The position numbers were made by a program, and so were the translations under genes. A stretch of DNA of 64,000 nt from Azolla caroliniana (Eukaryota; Plantae; Polypodiophyta): positions 21,080,001 through 21,144,000 of the forward strand of contig JBHGNT010000001.1 in assembly GCA_043228905.1 (NCBI GenBank), in the 5' to 3' direction. Positions 49,360 through 61,606 of this stretch are shown here, piece after piece. The first letter of the stretch is position 1. Each line of letters opens with the position of its first letter. Below the pieces are notes generated by a model. That model was not told where the DNA came from. It saw only the letters and a program-made list of their open reading frames with translations, and made no database searches.

Positions 49360-52300
49360 TGTTGGGATTACGGTCCCTCCGGATGGGATGATCGGATGTC
49401 CGGAGATGAATGACGGCAAACCCGGTTTCGGAGCCGGATGATGAAGACCCGGTTTCGGAGCCGGATGATGAATGTACCCGGAGAGAGATCCGGATGCGGG
49501 GACATATTTGTGAATATGTTTGCCAAGGGCCCTTGAGGCTACATTTGTAAATAAGCCGGAAAGTCATATGTGTATAAATATGACTTAGGGCAAACAGTTT
49601 TTATGTTGCTACTCATTTTTTCTGTTTTTCCACTTAAGAGGAGTGAAGAGAGAGCAGCCGTGAGAGAGATAGAGTGTGAGAGAGGAAGAGGTCGACGCCT
49701 CTGTGTAATTCCGCCGCCTGTGGCGAGGACAGCGAGCTCAAGGTCGTCGCCTTGCAGCTCGCCATTGTATATTTCTCTGTGCATAGTTTTGGTTCGGAGT
49801 CTTGTACTCCCGTGGTTTTTTCCCGTACAGGGTTTTCCACGTTAAATCGTGTGTCCACTCTATTTTTCGCATTTCCCATATTCTGCAACAACGATTCGTG
49901 TGTTTCCTTGGTGGCGGCCGAGAGGTGAAGTTTGGAAAGTGACGATTATTTTTTCATCAATTTGGTATCAGAGCGAGCTGCTGTAGAAAATGGAAGGCGG
50001 CGGCAGCGGGCAGCCGGGGATGATGGTGCTGAATGCGCAGAATTACGCCGACTGGAAGATCAAGATGGAGGATCTTCTGATTGTTCGGGACCTGTACGAA
50101 CCGATTGACAGGTCGGAAATACCGAAGGGGGTACTTGAGTCGGAATGGAGGCTTCTGAACCGGAAAGCCGTTGCAACCATTCGGCAATACGTCGACGTGA
50201 GCGTTCTACAACATGTGGCGAACGACACCAACGCATATGAGATGTGGCGGAAGCTGTCGGGCCTCTACGAGAGGAAGAATGCGTTGAACCGGACCTCCCT
50301 GATGAGGAAGATAGTGAACCTCAAGTACCGGGACGACGAGAGTATGGTGGAACACGTAAGCACGTTCATGGGATTCGTGAACCAGCTTGCGGCGATCAAG
50401 TTCCCGTTGGAGGATGCAATGCAAGCCATCATCCTGATGTGTACATTGCCGGAAAGCTGGGAGAACTTGGTGGTGACTCTCAGCACCTCCTGCACCGAAG
50501 ATAACTTGTCCCTACAAACGGTAAAGACAAGTATTTTGAACGAAGAAGCGCGTCGGAGAGATAAAGAACCGGCCTCCGACTCGAAGGCGCTGCTTACCGA
50601 ATCGGAACGGGGAAGACAGTGGAACCGGAGTCCGCAAAGACGGGAGAAGTCGGGGACCCGGTCGCAGTCAAGAGGAAGACCCACATGCTTCCACTGTGGG
50701 AAGCCGGGGAACTTCCGGAAGAATTGTCGGCATTACCGAAAGGACAACGGAGCCGACGACACCGATTCGAAGAAGTCACCGGAGAGAAACGGTGCATACC
50801 GGGGAGCCACGGACCGGAGAGGTCCGGATCGGCGAGGGCAGGACAGGAAAGGAACGACGGCACTCGCGGCAAGTGAGGAAGAAATCATGCTCATCACCGA
50901 AGAAGGTGAACTAAACATTGCCGGCGATGAGACGACCTGGGTGGTCGATTCCGGAGCGTCGTTCCACCTGACCCCGGAAAGAAGATACTTCTCATCCTAC
51001 ACAGCCGGTGAACATGGCTGTGTTCGGATGGGAAATGAAGGTACATGCCGGATTGCCGGCATAGGAGACGTGTGGTTGACAACCTCGACCGGATGCAAAA
51101 TGCTGCTGAAGGATGTCCGACACGTTCCGGAGGTTCGATTGAACCTGATTTCGGCCAGGAGGCTAGACGATGAAGGCTACACAGGTAGCATCCGGAACGG
51201 CGTAATGAAGTTCAGCAAGGGGAGCCTGATAGTGGCTCGGGCCCGGAAAGTCAACACACTGTACCTGATGAATGCCCGGTTATGTCCGGAAGAGCTGAAT
51301 GTGGCAGCCGACACTGCCGGTGAGCTGTGGCACAAAAGACTGTGCCACATGAGTGAGAAGGGGATGAAGAGGCTTGCAGAAGACAACCTTATTCCAGTGA
51401 AGCATGTGCACCTGGAGAAGTGCACCGATTGCCTGGCCGGTAAGCAGAACCGAACCTCCTTCCATTCAAGGCCACCGACGAGACGTAGTGTACCATTGGA
51501 GTTGGTACACACTGATGTGTGTCAGGTAGAAACGAAGTCACATGGCGGAGCCCAGTACTTCGTGACATTCATTGATGATCACAGCCGGAAGCTGTGGACA
51601 GCACCGCTGAAGACGAAGGACCAAGTGTTGTCCGTCTTCAAAGAACTCCACGCGAGAGTGGAAAGAGAATCCGGCAAGAAGCTGAAAGCGATACGAGCGG
51701 ATAACGGAGGGGAATACCGGGGGCAGTTCGCGGAGTACTGTCGCTCGAAAGGAATCCGGCTCGAGTTTACTGTGCCGAAGACGCCGGAACTGAACGGGCT
51801 GGCCGAGAGGATGAACCGGACCATAATGGAGAGGGTCCGGAGTATGCTGGCGCATGCGAAATTACCCAAGGGATTTTGGGCTGAGGCAATGTCGACGGCG
51901 ACATATGTGATAAATAGATCACCCTCAGTACCCCTGGATGGAGACACGCCACAGAGAGTGTGGACCGGTAAGGAAGTGTCCTACCGGCATCTGAAGGTGT
52001 TCGGGTGTCTCGCATACGTGCATGTGGCAAAGGACCGGAGAGGAAAGCTAGATCCAAAGACCCGGCCATGCATATTCCTCGGTTACGGCGACGACGAGTT
52101 CGGCTACCGAGTATGGGACCCGGTCGACAAGAAGATATTCAGGAGTCGAGACATCATCTTCATGGAGGACAAGACACTCGCCGACTGGGAGTCGGAGAAG
52201 AAGATGAAGAGCTCCAAGTCGACCGGTGAGGATCAACTCTACGAGGAGCAGTCCCGACCGGCAAGGGACCGGTTAGCACTCGAGGATCCGGCCGAAGACA

Positions 52301-54673
52301 ATGAAGAAACAGAACCGGCCGAGGAAGATGAAACTGATACCGGAACCGGCCCCGATCCCGAAATGGATTCGGATGAAGAGGAAACGGAGGAGCCGGTTAC
52401 CGAAGCTCCGGAACGGAGATATCCTCTAAGAGAGAGAAGGGCTCCCCGGAGATTTCCGGAACCAGAGCACGTGCTGCTAACCGACGAGGGGGAGCCGGAG
52501 AGCTTTGAAGAAGCAAAGCATGACACCCATAGCCGCAGGTGGTTAAGTGCCATGCAGGAGGAGATGGATTCCCTGCATGAGAACCACACATATGAACTTG
52601 TGGAGTTGCCGAAAGGAAAACGGGCACTCCGTAACAAGTGGGTGTTCAAGCTGAAACCGGGAGATGCCGGAAACCCCCCGAGATACAAAGCCAGGATCGT
52701 GGTGAAGGGGTTCCAGCAGAAGAAGGGCGTCGACTTCGACGAGATATTTGCCCCGGTAGTGAAGATGACCTCTATCCGGACGGTGCTGAGCATAGCGGCA
52801 AGCATGGACCTCGAGGTAGAACAGATGGACGTGAAGACGGCATTCCTTCACGGTGACCTCGAAGAAGAGATATACATGCAGCAACCGGAAGGATTCGAGA
52901 AGAAAGAGAAGGAGCACTTGGTATGCCGGTTGAAGAAGAGCCTTTATGGTTTGAAGCAGGCTCCCCGGCAGTGGTACCGAAAGTTTGACTCCTTCATGAC
53001 CGATGAAGGGTACTACAAAATGCAGTCCGACCACTGCGTGTTTGTGAAGAAGTTCGACGGAGGAGACCTTCTAATACTCCTCCTATACGTGGACGACATG
53101 TTGATCATCGGACGGGACCAGGTCAAGATACGGATGCTGAAGAAGGCTCTTCACCGAACCTTCTCAATGAAGGACCTGGGTCCGGCGAGGCAAATACTAG
53201 GGATGCACATCATCCGGGACCGGAAGAAGAAGCAGTTGTGGCTGTCACAGGAGAAGTACGTGACAAAGGTGCTTCAACGGTTCAACATGTCGGAAGCAAG
53301 ACCAGTCGGGTCGACTCTCCCGGCAAACTGCAAGTTGTCCAACAAGCAAAGTCCCAAGACAAAGGCTGAAAAGGAGGATATGATGAAAGTGCCGTATGCC
53401 TCAGCCGTCGGGAGCTTGATGTACGCCATGGTGTGTACGAGACCGGACATAGGATATGCAGTCGGAGTGGTGAGCCGGTACATGAGCAATCCTGGCAAAG
53501 AGCACTGGAACGCGGTCAAGTGGATACTCCGATACCTGAAGGGCACGACAAACGTGTGCCTCCGATTCGGCTCCGGTAAGCCCGAACTTGACGGTTTTAC
53601 CGATTCGGATATGTCGGCTGATGCAGATACCAGCCGGTCCACATCCGGGTATGTGATGACCTATGCAGGGGGAGCCGTTTCGTGGTAGTCGAGGCTGCAG
53701 AAGACGGTTGCGTTGTCAACCACGGAGGCGGAGTACATGGTGGCTGTTGAAGCCGGCAAGGAAATAATATGGATGAAGGACTTCATTAGAGAGCTCGGGA
53801 TCCGGCAGGAGGAGTACCGACTCTACTGCGATAGTCAGAGTGCCATCCACCTTGCAAAGAACGCGGCCTACCATTCCCGGACGAAACACATCCAGCGTAG
53901 ATACCACTGGATCCGGGAAAGGATAGAAGACAAGGAGTTCGTGTTGACGAAGATCCACACGGACGAGAACGGGTCGGATATGCTGACCAAGGTGCTCACA
54001 CCCGACAAGCTGGAAGCATGTCGGAAGAGGATCGGATTGGAGAGACATCCCATGCCGAAGTGAAGGGGGAGTTTGTTGGGATTACGGTCCCTCCGGATGG
54101 GATGATCGGATGTCCGGAGATGAATGACGGCAAACCCGGTTTCGGAGCCAGATGATGAAGACCCGGTTTCGGAGCCGGATGATGAATGTACCCGGAGAGA
54201 GATCCGGATGCGGGGACATATTTGTGAATATGTTTGCCAAGGGCCCTTGAGGCTACATTTGTAAATAAGCCCAAAAGTCATATGTGTATAAATATGACTT
54301 AGGGCAAACAGTTTTTATGTTGCTACTCATTTTTTCTGTTTTTCCACTTAAGAGGAGTGAAGAGAGAGCAGCCGTGAGAGAGATAGAGTGTGAGAGAGGA
54401 AGAGGTCGACGCCTCTGTGTAATTCCGCCGCCTGTGGCGAGGACAGCGAGCTCAAGGTCGTCGCCTTGCAGCTCGCCATTGTATATTTCTCTGTGCATAG
54501 TTTTGGTTCGGAGTCTTGTACTCCCGTGGTTTTTTCCCGTACAGGGTTTTCCACGTTAAATCGTGTGTCCACTCTATTTTTCGCATTTCCCATATTCTGC
54601 AACAACGATTCGTGTGTTTCCTTGGTGGCGGCCGAGAGGTGAAGTTTGGAAAGTGACGATTATTTTTTCATCA
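49360..54673 (+). mobile_element. Full-length, very young Ty1/copia element G
   Basis: 600-bp LTRs 49360-49959 and 54074-54673 (3 differences seen), TSD GGAGA, PBS 49963-49974, PPT GAAGGGGGAG 54062-54071. Confidence 0.98.
49990..54063 (+). pseudogene. gag-pol polyprotein of element G, intact except one in-frame TAG (53686-53688) in RNase H and His-to-Asn in the zinc knuckle
   Basis: 1232-aa ORF plus same-frame continuation; AVSW*SRLQ versus AVSWQSRLQ in element B; CFHCGKPGNFRKNC. Confidence 0.95.
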
Positions 54674-57600
54674 GGAGAGTACCTCTTCGGAGGTTGCAAC
54701 AGTCTCTCGGATCTGCAAGGTATGACTTGACTAGTCGCACGGGGTGTCAATGTCGGATGGTCGGGGGCCGAGCCATTCGGCTGTGCCGAACCGGGGATTC
54801 GGTGCGAGAGTTGTCGGTTACCCATGAAACCGATCTCGTGTTGTGGACTGGGCCGACATGAAGGGTTGGCACTTCGGAAAATATTACCCTTCGGACTTCA
54901 ATAGGCCTTTCGACCGTTTTATGCATAGTCGACTCGTTGAACACGACGTCCGAACTTCGGACGATTTGTCTGTGCTCGGGGTCCCAGAGTCAGTATCCGA
55001 TCGCGCTGTCGGGTCCATATCCAAGAAAAACACATTTCCTTGACCTTGGTTTGAGTTTCCGGCGGTCGTCTTTCGGTATGACAGCATACGCCTCGCAACC
55101 GAAGATCCTCAGTTTGTCATAATTCGGCTTACTGCCGGTCCATATTTCCTAAGGTAATTGAAGTCCTAGAGGTCTACATGGCGACATATTTATTATGTGT
55201 ACTAATGTAAGTAGAGCCTCCGCCTAGAAGCCATCCGACAGTCCGGAGTGTTGGAGCATGGATACTACACGTTCTTGAATCGTTCGATTCATGCGTTCAG
55301 CAATTCCGTTCTGCTCTGGACTATAAGGTGTCGTATATTCATGTCAAATGTTGCATTCCCGGCAGAATTTGACAAATTCTTCAGACTTGAATTCTCCTCC
55401 ATTGTCGGTTCGGAGACATTTCAGTTTCCGACCGGTCTGATTTTCGACCATTGCAAGCCATTCGGAGAAGATCGAGAACACCCGATTTTTGGTTCTTATG
55501 GGGTAAGCCCACAACTTCCAAGTCGAGTCGTCAATAAAACTGACGAAGTACGAAGCACCGCTGAGAGTCTGATGTGGCATTGGGCCACAGACGTCCGAGT
55601 GGACCAAATCGAGGGGACTCGATTCTCTTGGTGCTGATGTCGGGTGTGATGTGGCTACCTGTTTGCCGTACTACCAATGCTTGCAAAATTGGTGATTCGA
55701 GAAGGAGAGTTTGGGGATGTAACCGGCTCTAGATAGGTGCATTATGCTGGCCTTGCTGAGGTGTCCAAGTCGTCTGTGCCATAACGATGACACGGGGATA
55801 TCAACCAAAAATAAGTCAACCCTCTTTAAATGTGACATATAAAGGATACACGGAATGTACCTTTGGTCCTCGAGCAAGCAGGAGGTTCCCTTTGTGGAGT
55901 GTCCACCCTCCTGATGAGAATCATGCACAGATGCCGGTTTCGTCAAGTTTTCTGACTGAGATCAAGGGTCTTGAAATCTCAGGAACGTGTCGGACGTTGT
56001 GTAGTACGAGTGTAGAGCCTCTCGGAAGATTGAGCTCTACGGTGCCGATTCCGATTATAGCACAGTGCTGCGAGTTTTCGACTCGAACTGAGTCGGAGTG
56101 CCGGTCCGAGTATTGCCGAAACTGAGATCGGCGAGGTGTCACATGATACGATGCGCCCGAGTCCAGGAGCCATGTGCTCGATTCCTCAGTCGTAAGCAAA
56201 ACTTCTAATTCGACTGGGTTCTCTATGGATAGTATGTTTGGGTCGTTCGTCAAAATTCTGGCTGAAGAGCCGACGTAGTTGACCTCCTCATGCCGGTTAC
56301 TCTTCCAATCCGCTCTCTAAGCTTTGTCGGTTTTTGCTTTGAGTGCCCGACAGTCGGCTTTGATGTGTCCCAGTTTCTTGTAGTAGTTGCAGTTTCGGTT
56401 GTCCCGGGACTTGCTCCGGCTTCGCTGATTGTTCGGCGGTCGGGAAGAACTTCTTCCCCGGTTGTTCGATCGGTCGGTCGAACCTTGTACTACGTAAGCT
56501 TCATCTCCCGAGTCTTTGGCAAAAGACTTTCTCCGAGCTGCTTCAGTCAGGATTGCGCTCGTGACTTCGGAGTATTTAACGGCAACTGTTAAAGCATTGC
56601 ACACGGTTGTAACGAAAGTTTCCCATGAAGAGGGGAGACTACTGATGAGTATCAATCCTCTGAGTTCATCCTCGATTGCCGTCCCTTGAGACGAGATTTG
56701 GGAGCTTATGCTTTCGTACTCGTTGAGGTGTGCCTGAACCGAATCAGATTCTTTCATCCGCAAGTTGTAGAGGCGCCAGATCACATACATCTTCGTTGCG
56801 ACAACCTTCTTTTCATAAGTTTCCGACAGTGTTTTCCAAAGTTCAAACACTGTCGTGCATGATTGCACTATGAAGTACACTGACTCTGACAAGTGCATCC
56901 AAATCGTGGCGCGGACGATTCTGTCCAGCTTTAGCCACTCATTTGCCTTGTATGCTTCTAGAGGATTTTCATTCTCAATCGGGTCTATCTGACCCTTGAC
57001 TATGAGATAGTCCTGCATTTGTTCCTTCTAGATGTTGAAGTTGGAACCGTCGAACCTCCTTAGACTCATCTCCGATGAGCCGGATGTTGATGCCATCTGC
57101 TTCGGTTTCGGTTGGTAAGACTCGGTTCGGAGTTGACTACGAACCTTAGTGGGGTGTAGCCGGTCGGCTCACCCGATATCGTTCTAGTCAGTTTTGAACC
57201 TGAGTCGGTTTGGTTTCGAATACTTGTTGCTGAACCTGCTTGGAGTGACTTCGGTAACTTGAGGGACAGAACTGGCTGGTCTGTCCCGAATGTTGCCGAG
57301 TCGGAGTGAGCTCGGTTAGCTTCCGATTGAATGCCGAATACCGATTACACGAAATAGATTGTTTGGGCCGATTCTATTTCGGATGACTGAAGCGATGAGA
57401 GGGATGGATCCAACTGATCCTCCCGAATGTCGATCAGCCGAGTGAAGCACGAAGTGGTTGTTGCCAAGAGACCAATCTGGAGCGGGTGGTTATAGCAAGC
57501 GGGTGAATAGCGTCCGATGACCTATTTGGATGTTGTTTAACCGAATGAAGCACGATTGGGTCGGTTGTTGCTCAAGGAGCTCGCATGAAGCGGTTACAAT

Positions 57601-58599
57601 AACAGGAACAGAGTACAACCGACTGGCTTACTCCAATTTGTGATTTAACACAGTGAGATGCGAGCTTTTTGTTTTTCTTCTCCCTTCTCTGTTCTTCAAC
57701 GAAAACGAAAACAGAATGTTGTGTTGTGCGATGACGGCCGGCAGCGGGTTGAAGAACCTCCAACGCTTTGATACCAAATGTTGGGGACAAGGCCATCAAT
57801 GCGGAAGTGCAAGCAACATTCGTGATGAAGAAGGACCTATGTATGCATGAGCAAGATAGACACAGAGGGAGAGCAAGAGAGAGAGGCACAAAGGAAACGA
57901 TATATTCCAAATAGCAACTGTTACAAATGACAACCAACCTTCACTAAAGGTTACAAAGTCACTTTATATAGTGACTATCCTAGGGCAACTGCCCTTTATG
58001 CTATTTACAGAAATAGCCCGAACTTGGGCTGTCCCAAGGGACTGTGTGAATATGGCCATTATACACTTGTATTTGACATAACTGGTATCGGGTCAAGTGA
58101 TTGTCAGGTATATAAGGTTGCCAACAATTTGTCGGAACCATTTCTCATCGCAGGCCGGTCTGGAGTTGGGACGAAGCTTCTAGTTCTGGTCTAGGGGTGT
58201 GGAGACAGGTCGACATTCCGTCATGCCGAACTGGTACAACATATTGAACACATAGTGTTGTTGTGAGAGCTATATGTCGTCAGGGGTTCGGATCACCTCG
58301 ATCCCAAGGAAATAATGAAGTACCCCCAGGTCCTTCATCTCAAATACGTCTGACAGCTAGGCCTTGACACGGCCGATTTCATCGAGTCCGGGTCCAGTGA
58401 TGACTACATCATCTACATAGAGTAAGATGCAAACCAGACCGTCCGGACCTTGCCGGATGAACAACGATGAGTCGGATTTAGAGATCACAAACCCCATCTT
58501 ATGCAACCAGTGCATTATCTTCGCATTCCAAACTCAGGGGGCTTGTTTCAGACCGTAAAGAGACTTCTTAAGCCGGCACACCGCAGACTTGTTCGTCTC

Positions 58600-60255
58600 C
58601 CAAAGATTGGACGAAAGATACAAGAACCCATCAAGCCGGAAGTCGGATGACACTCGAAGAACTGGCCGGACCCGGACAAGAAACCGAACCGACCGAAGAA
58701 GAAGAATTGGACACCGAAACCGAACAAGATTGTGAATCGGATTTGGATGAAGAACAAACGGAGGAACCGGTGGTTGAAAACCAAGGACGGAGATACCCTC
58801 TAAGAGAGAGAAGGGCCCCCAGAGCTTTCCGGATGCAGAGCATGTGTTCTTGACCGACGAGAGGGAGCTGGAAAGCTTCGAAGAAGCAAAGAAAGACACC
58901 CACAACCGCAATTGGTTAAGTGCCATGTAGGATGAGATTGCTTCTTTGCATGAGAACCACACATATGAATTGACAGAACTGCCAAAAGGAAAGACAACGC
59001 TTCGGAACCAATGGGTGTACAAGCTAAAACCGGGAGACACCGGAAATCCACCGAGATACAAATCCTGCATTGTGGTGAAGGGCTTCCAACAGAAGAAAGG
59101 AGTGAATTTCGATGAGATCTTCGCCCCGGTAGTAAAGATGACATCTATCCGGACGGTGTTGAGCATAGTAGTAAGCATGGACCTCGAGGTAGAGCAACTA
59201 GACATCAAGATGGTGCTCCCATATGGCGACCTCGAAGAAGAGATCTACATGCATCAACCGTAGGGATTCGTCAAGAAAAGGAAGGAGAACCTAGTGTGTT
59301 GGTTGAAGAAGAGCTCATACGAACTGAAGCAAGACCCCTGGCAATGGTACCGGAAGTTCGACTCCTTCATGACCGATCAAGGATACCACAAGATGCAGGC
59401 TGACAATTGCGTATTCGTGAAGAATTTTGACAAAGAAGACTTCTTGATACTACTGCTGTACATGGACGACATGTTGATCGTCGGATGGAACCGTATTAGA
59501 GATGAATGTTGAAGAAGACCTTGAGCCGGTCATTTGCAATGAAAGATATGGGTTCGATTAGAAAAATATTGGGGATGCACATAATCCGGAACCGGTTGAA
59601 TAAACGGTTGTGGCTATCATAGGAGAAGTACGTGACAAAGGTGCTTCAAAGGTTCAGCATGTCGAATGTCAAACCGGTAGGGTCGACATGTCCAGCTAAC
59701 TGCTAGCTGTCTGGGAAACAAAGTCTGAAGATAAATATGGAGAAGTTGGAGATGATGAAGGTACCATATGCCTCTTTCGTCGGAAGCTCGATGTACGCAA
59801 TGGTGTGTACCCAACCGAATATCAGATATGTAGTCGGAGTGGTCAGCCGGTTCATGAGCAATCCGAGAAGAGAACATTGGGCATGCTATCAAGTGGATAC
59901 TCCGGTACCTGAAAGGCACCTCGAGCATGTGCCTCCGATTCGGCTCAAGTAAACCCCAACTTGAAGGATTCACCGACTCAGACATGTCCGCTAATGCAGA
60001 TACTAGTTAGTCTACATCCGGATATGTCATGACATATGCAGGGGGAGTCATATCGTGGCAGTCGAGGATGTAGAAGTCCATTGCACTATCGACAATGGAA
60101 GCAGAGTACATGGAAACCATGGAAGCCAATAAGGAAGTAATCTAGATGAAGGACAAAGAGCTAGGAATCCGGAAAGAGGAATATCGGCTCTACTGCGATA
60201 GTCACTCCTGGACTAAGCGATAATCAACCACCTTGCAAAGAATGCGGCCTACCAC
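58600..60255 (+). mobile_element. Degenerate copia RT-RNase H fragment of the B/G family
   Basis: RRYPLRERRAPR, HENHTYEL..PGDTGNPPRYK, LYMDDML, KNAAYH then cut by LTR. Confidence 0.88.
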
Positions 60256-60786
60256 TGTCACATACATGACAACAATCATGTCAAGAATTGAACTCTTGAC
60301 CTCTTAAGAAATATAGTCAAGTGTTGTGTTCTAACCAACACATCCAAATATATGGTCATGTTATGTATATCTTAATAGATTATTAGTAGTTATCTATTTC
60401 AAGTTCTAGGAGTATTTAGAAAGTTCTAGAGGGTTCTACAATATTCTCCTGAATATTCTCCAAAATATTCTAATGCATGTACTTAGACTCACAGTATAAA
60501 TAGTTGTAATCTCCTTGGTCCTTTTCAAGGGATTCAACACCAGTCACTGACACGTCAATCTAGTATTCTTGTTTAGCCCCATCTTCTCTCCTTGATTTAC
60601 ATCTCTATCTTTATGCTCTTTTATGGTTCCTAGCGTCTTAAGTTCCTCATCTCGTTGCTCCCAACTTCCCGAGTTTCTAGCCTCATCATGTTGAGTTCCA
60701 CGTTTGTAACCTTATCGGTCGTAGCTTCGTCATTCATGCTTCGTCGTAGTCTAGGGTCGGTGTGTCCGTGACAATTTGAATCCCTT
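60256..60786 (+). mobile_element. Gypsy 5' LTR (60256-60773) with self-priming-type PBS (60776-60786)
   Basis: TGTCAC..GTGACA ends; TATAAATA 60495-60502; AAGGGATTCAA 60527-60537 is the exact reverse complement of TTGAATCCCTT just after the LTR. Confidence 0.8.
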
Positions 60787-61381
60787 CCAACTAGAAGCAT
60801 TACCCATCTTCGTCTTTGCCCTTGCTTCTAGAGTTACCATCATTAACATCCCTTCATTTTCTATCTCCCTTGCCATCTCTATCTCTTTGTTTCTTTTCAT
60901 CATTGTCTTTGTCTTTTCTCTCCTAGTTTCTTCTCATCTCTTTCTCTTAGTTTCTTCTCATCGTCCTCTCTATATCTCTGCACTTCTTGTCATCTTCCAC
61001 ATCCCTATCTTTGCATTGTCATCCTTATCCTTGTGTTTCCTACCATTTTCATCTCTATATAATATGTGTTTCTTATTATCTTCGTCACTTTCTCTACGTT
61101 TCCTATCACCTTCATCCCTATCTTTGTGTTTTCTATCATCCTTGGTATATGTGTCTTTGTGTTTCTTCAGAACCTCAACGTCTCGATCTCTATGTTTCTT
61201 ATCCTCTTCATCTCTTTCTCTGCTTCCATCATTGCCATAGTCAAAGTCGTTGCTTCCAAAGTCGCTTCGTCAACATCATTGCACTCATTGCTTCATCTTC
61301 GACATCATCATCTTCAACCCTCTTGTTGTCGTCATCAACACTACTTTACTTGGCTGTCATTGTCTTCAAGTGTTCCAGTTC

Positions 61382-61606
61382 CCGGTGAGGACCGTGCAGG
61401 GTCACTCACGTCCGTTGGTGTTTGTGTCTCCCGTGAGAAACGCACATGGTTGCTCACGCCCGTTGCTGTTCCAATTCTTGGTGAGGACCGCACATGGTCA
61501 CTCATTTCCATTGGTGTTCTTGTATCCAGTGAAGACCGTACATGGTCTCTCACGCCCTTGGTGTTCTTGTCTCTATTGAGGACCATACATGGTCTCTCAC
61601 ACCCGT
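61382..61606. repeat. Degenerate 48-bp tandem repeat, ~4.7 copies, each with an internal inverted repeat
   Basis: GTGAGGACCG(C/T)ACATGGTC(A/T)CTCACGCCCGTTGGTGTT units. Confidence 0.85.

Larger units (their letters stand above)
47256..58078 (-). mobile_element. Full-length degenerate Ty1/copia element I, interrupted by element G
   Basis: 300-bp LTRs 47256-47555 and 57779-58078 (~10 differences), TSD TAACT, PBS TGGTATCAAAGC 57776-57765, PPT GGGGGAG; gag 56317-57018, WLLDSGASYH, VHSDVCGP, IYVDDML. Confidence 0.95.
45593..58598 (-). mobile_element. Degenerate copia element H (3' LTR 45593-46032, PPT, tail, RNase H, RT), interrupted by element I and 5'-truncated
   Basis: CTCCCCCTCAAG next to LTR; RT frame continues across TSD TAACT (47255 to 58079); CRLKKSLYGLKQAP at ~58540. 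Confidence 0.85.

Noticed and set aside
61382-61606. CRISPR array
   Set aside because: Contiguous degenerate tandem units with no unique spacers, no cas genes, eukaryotic context
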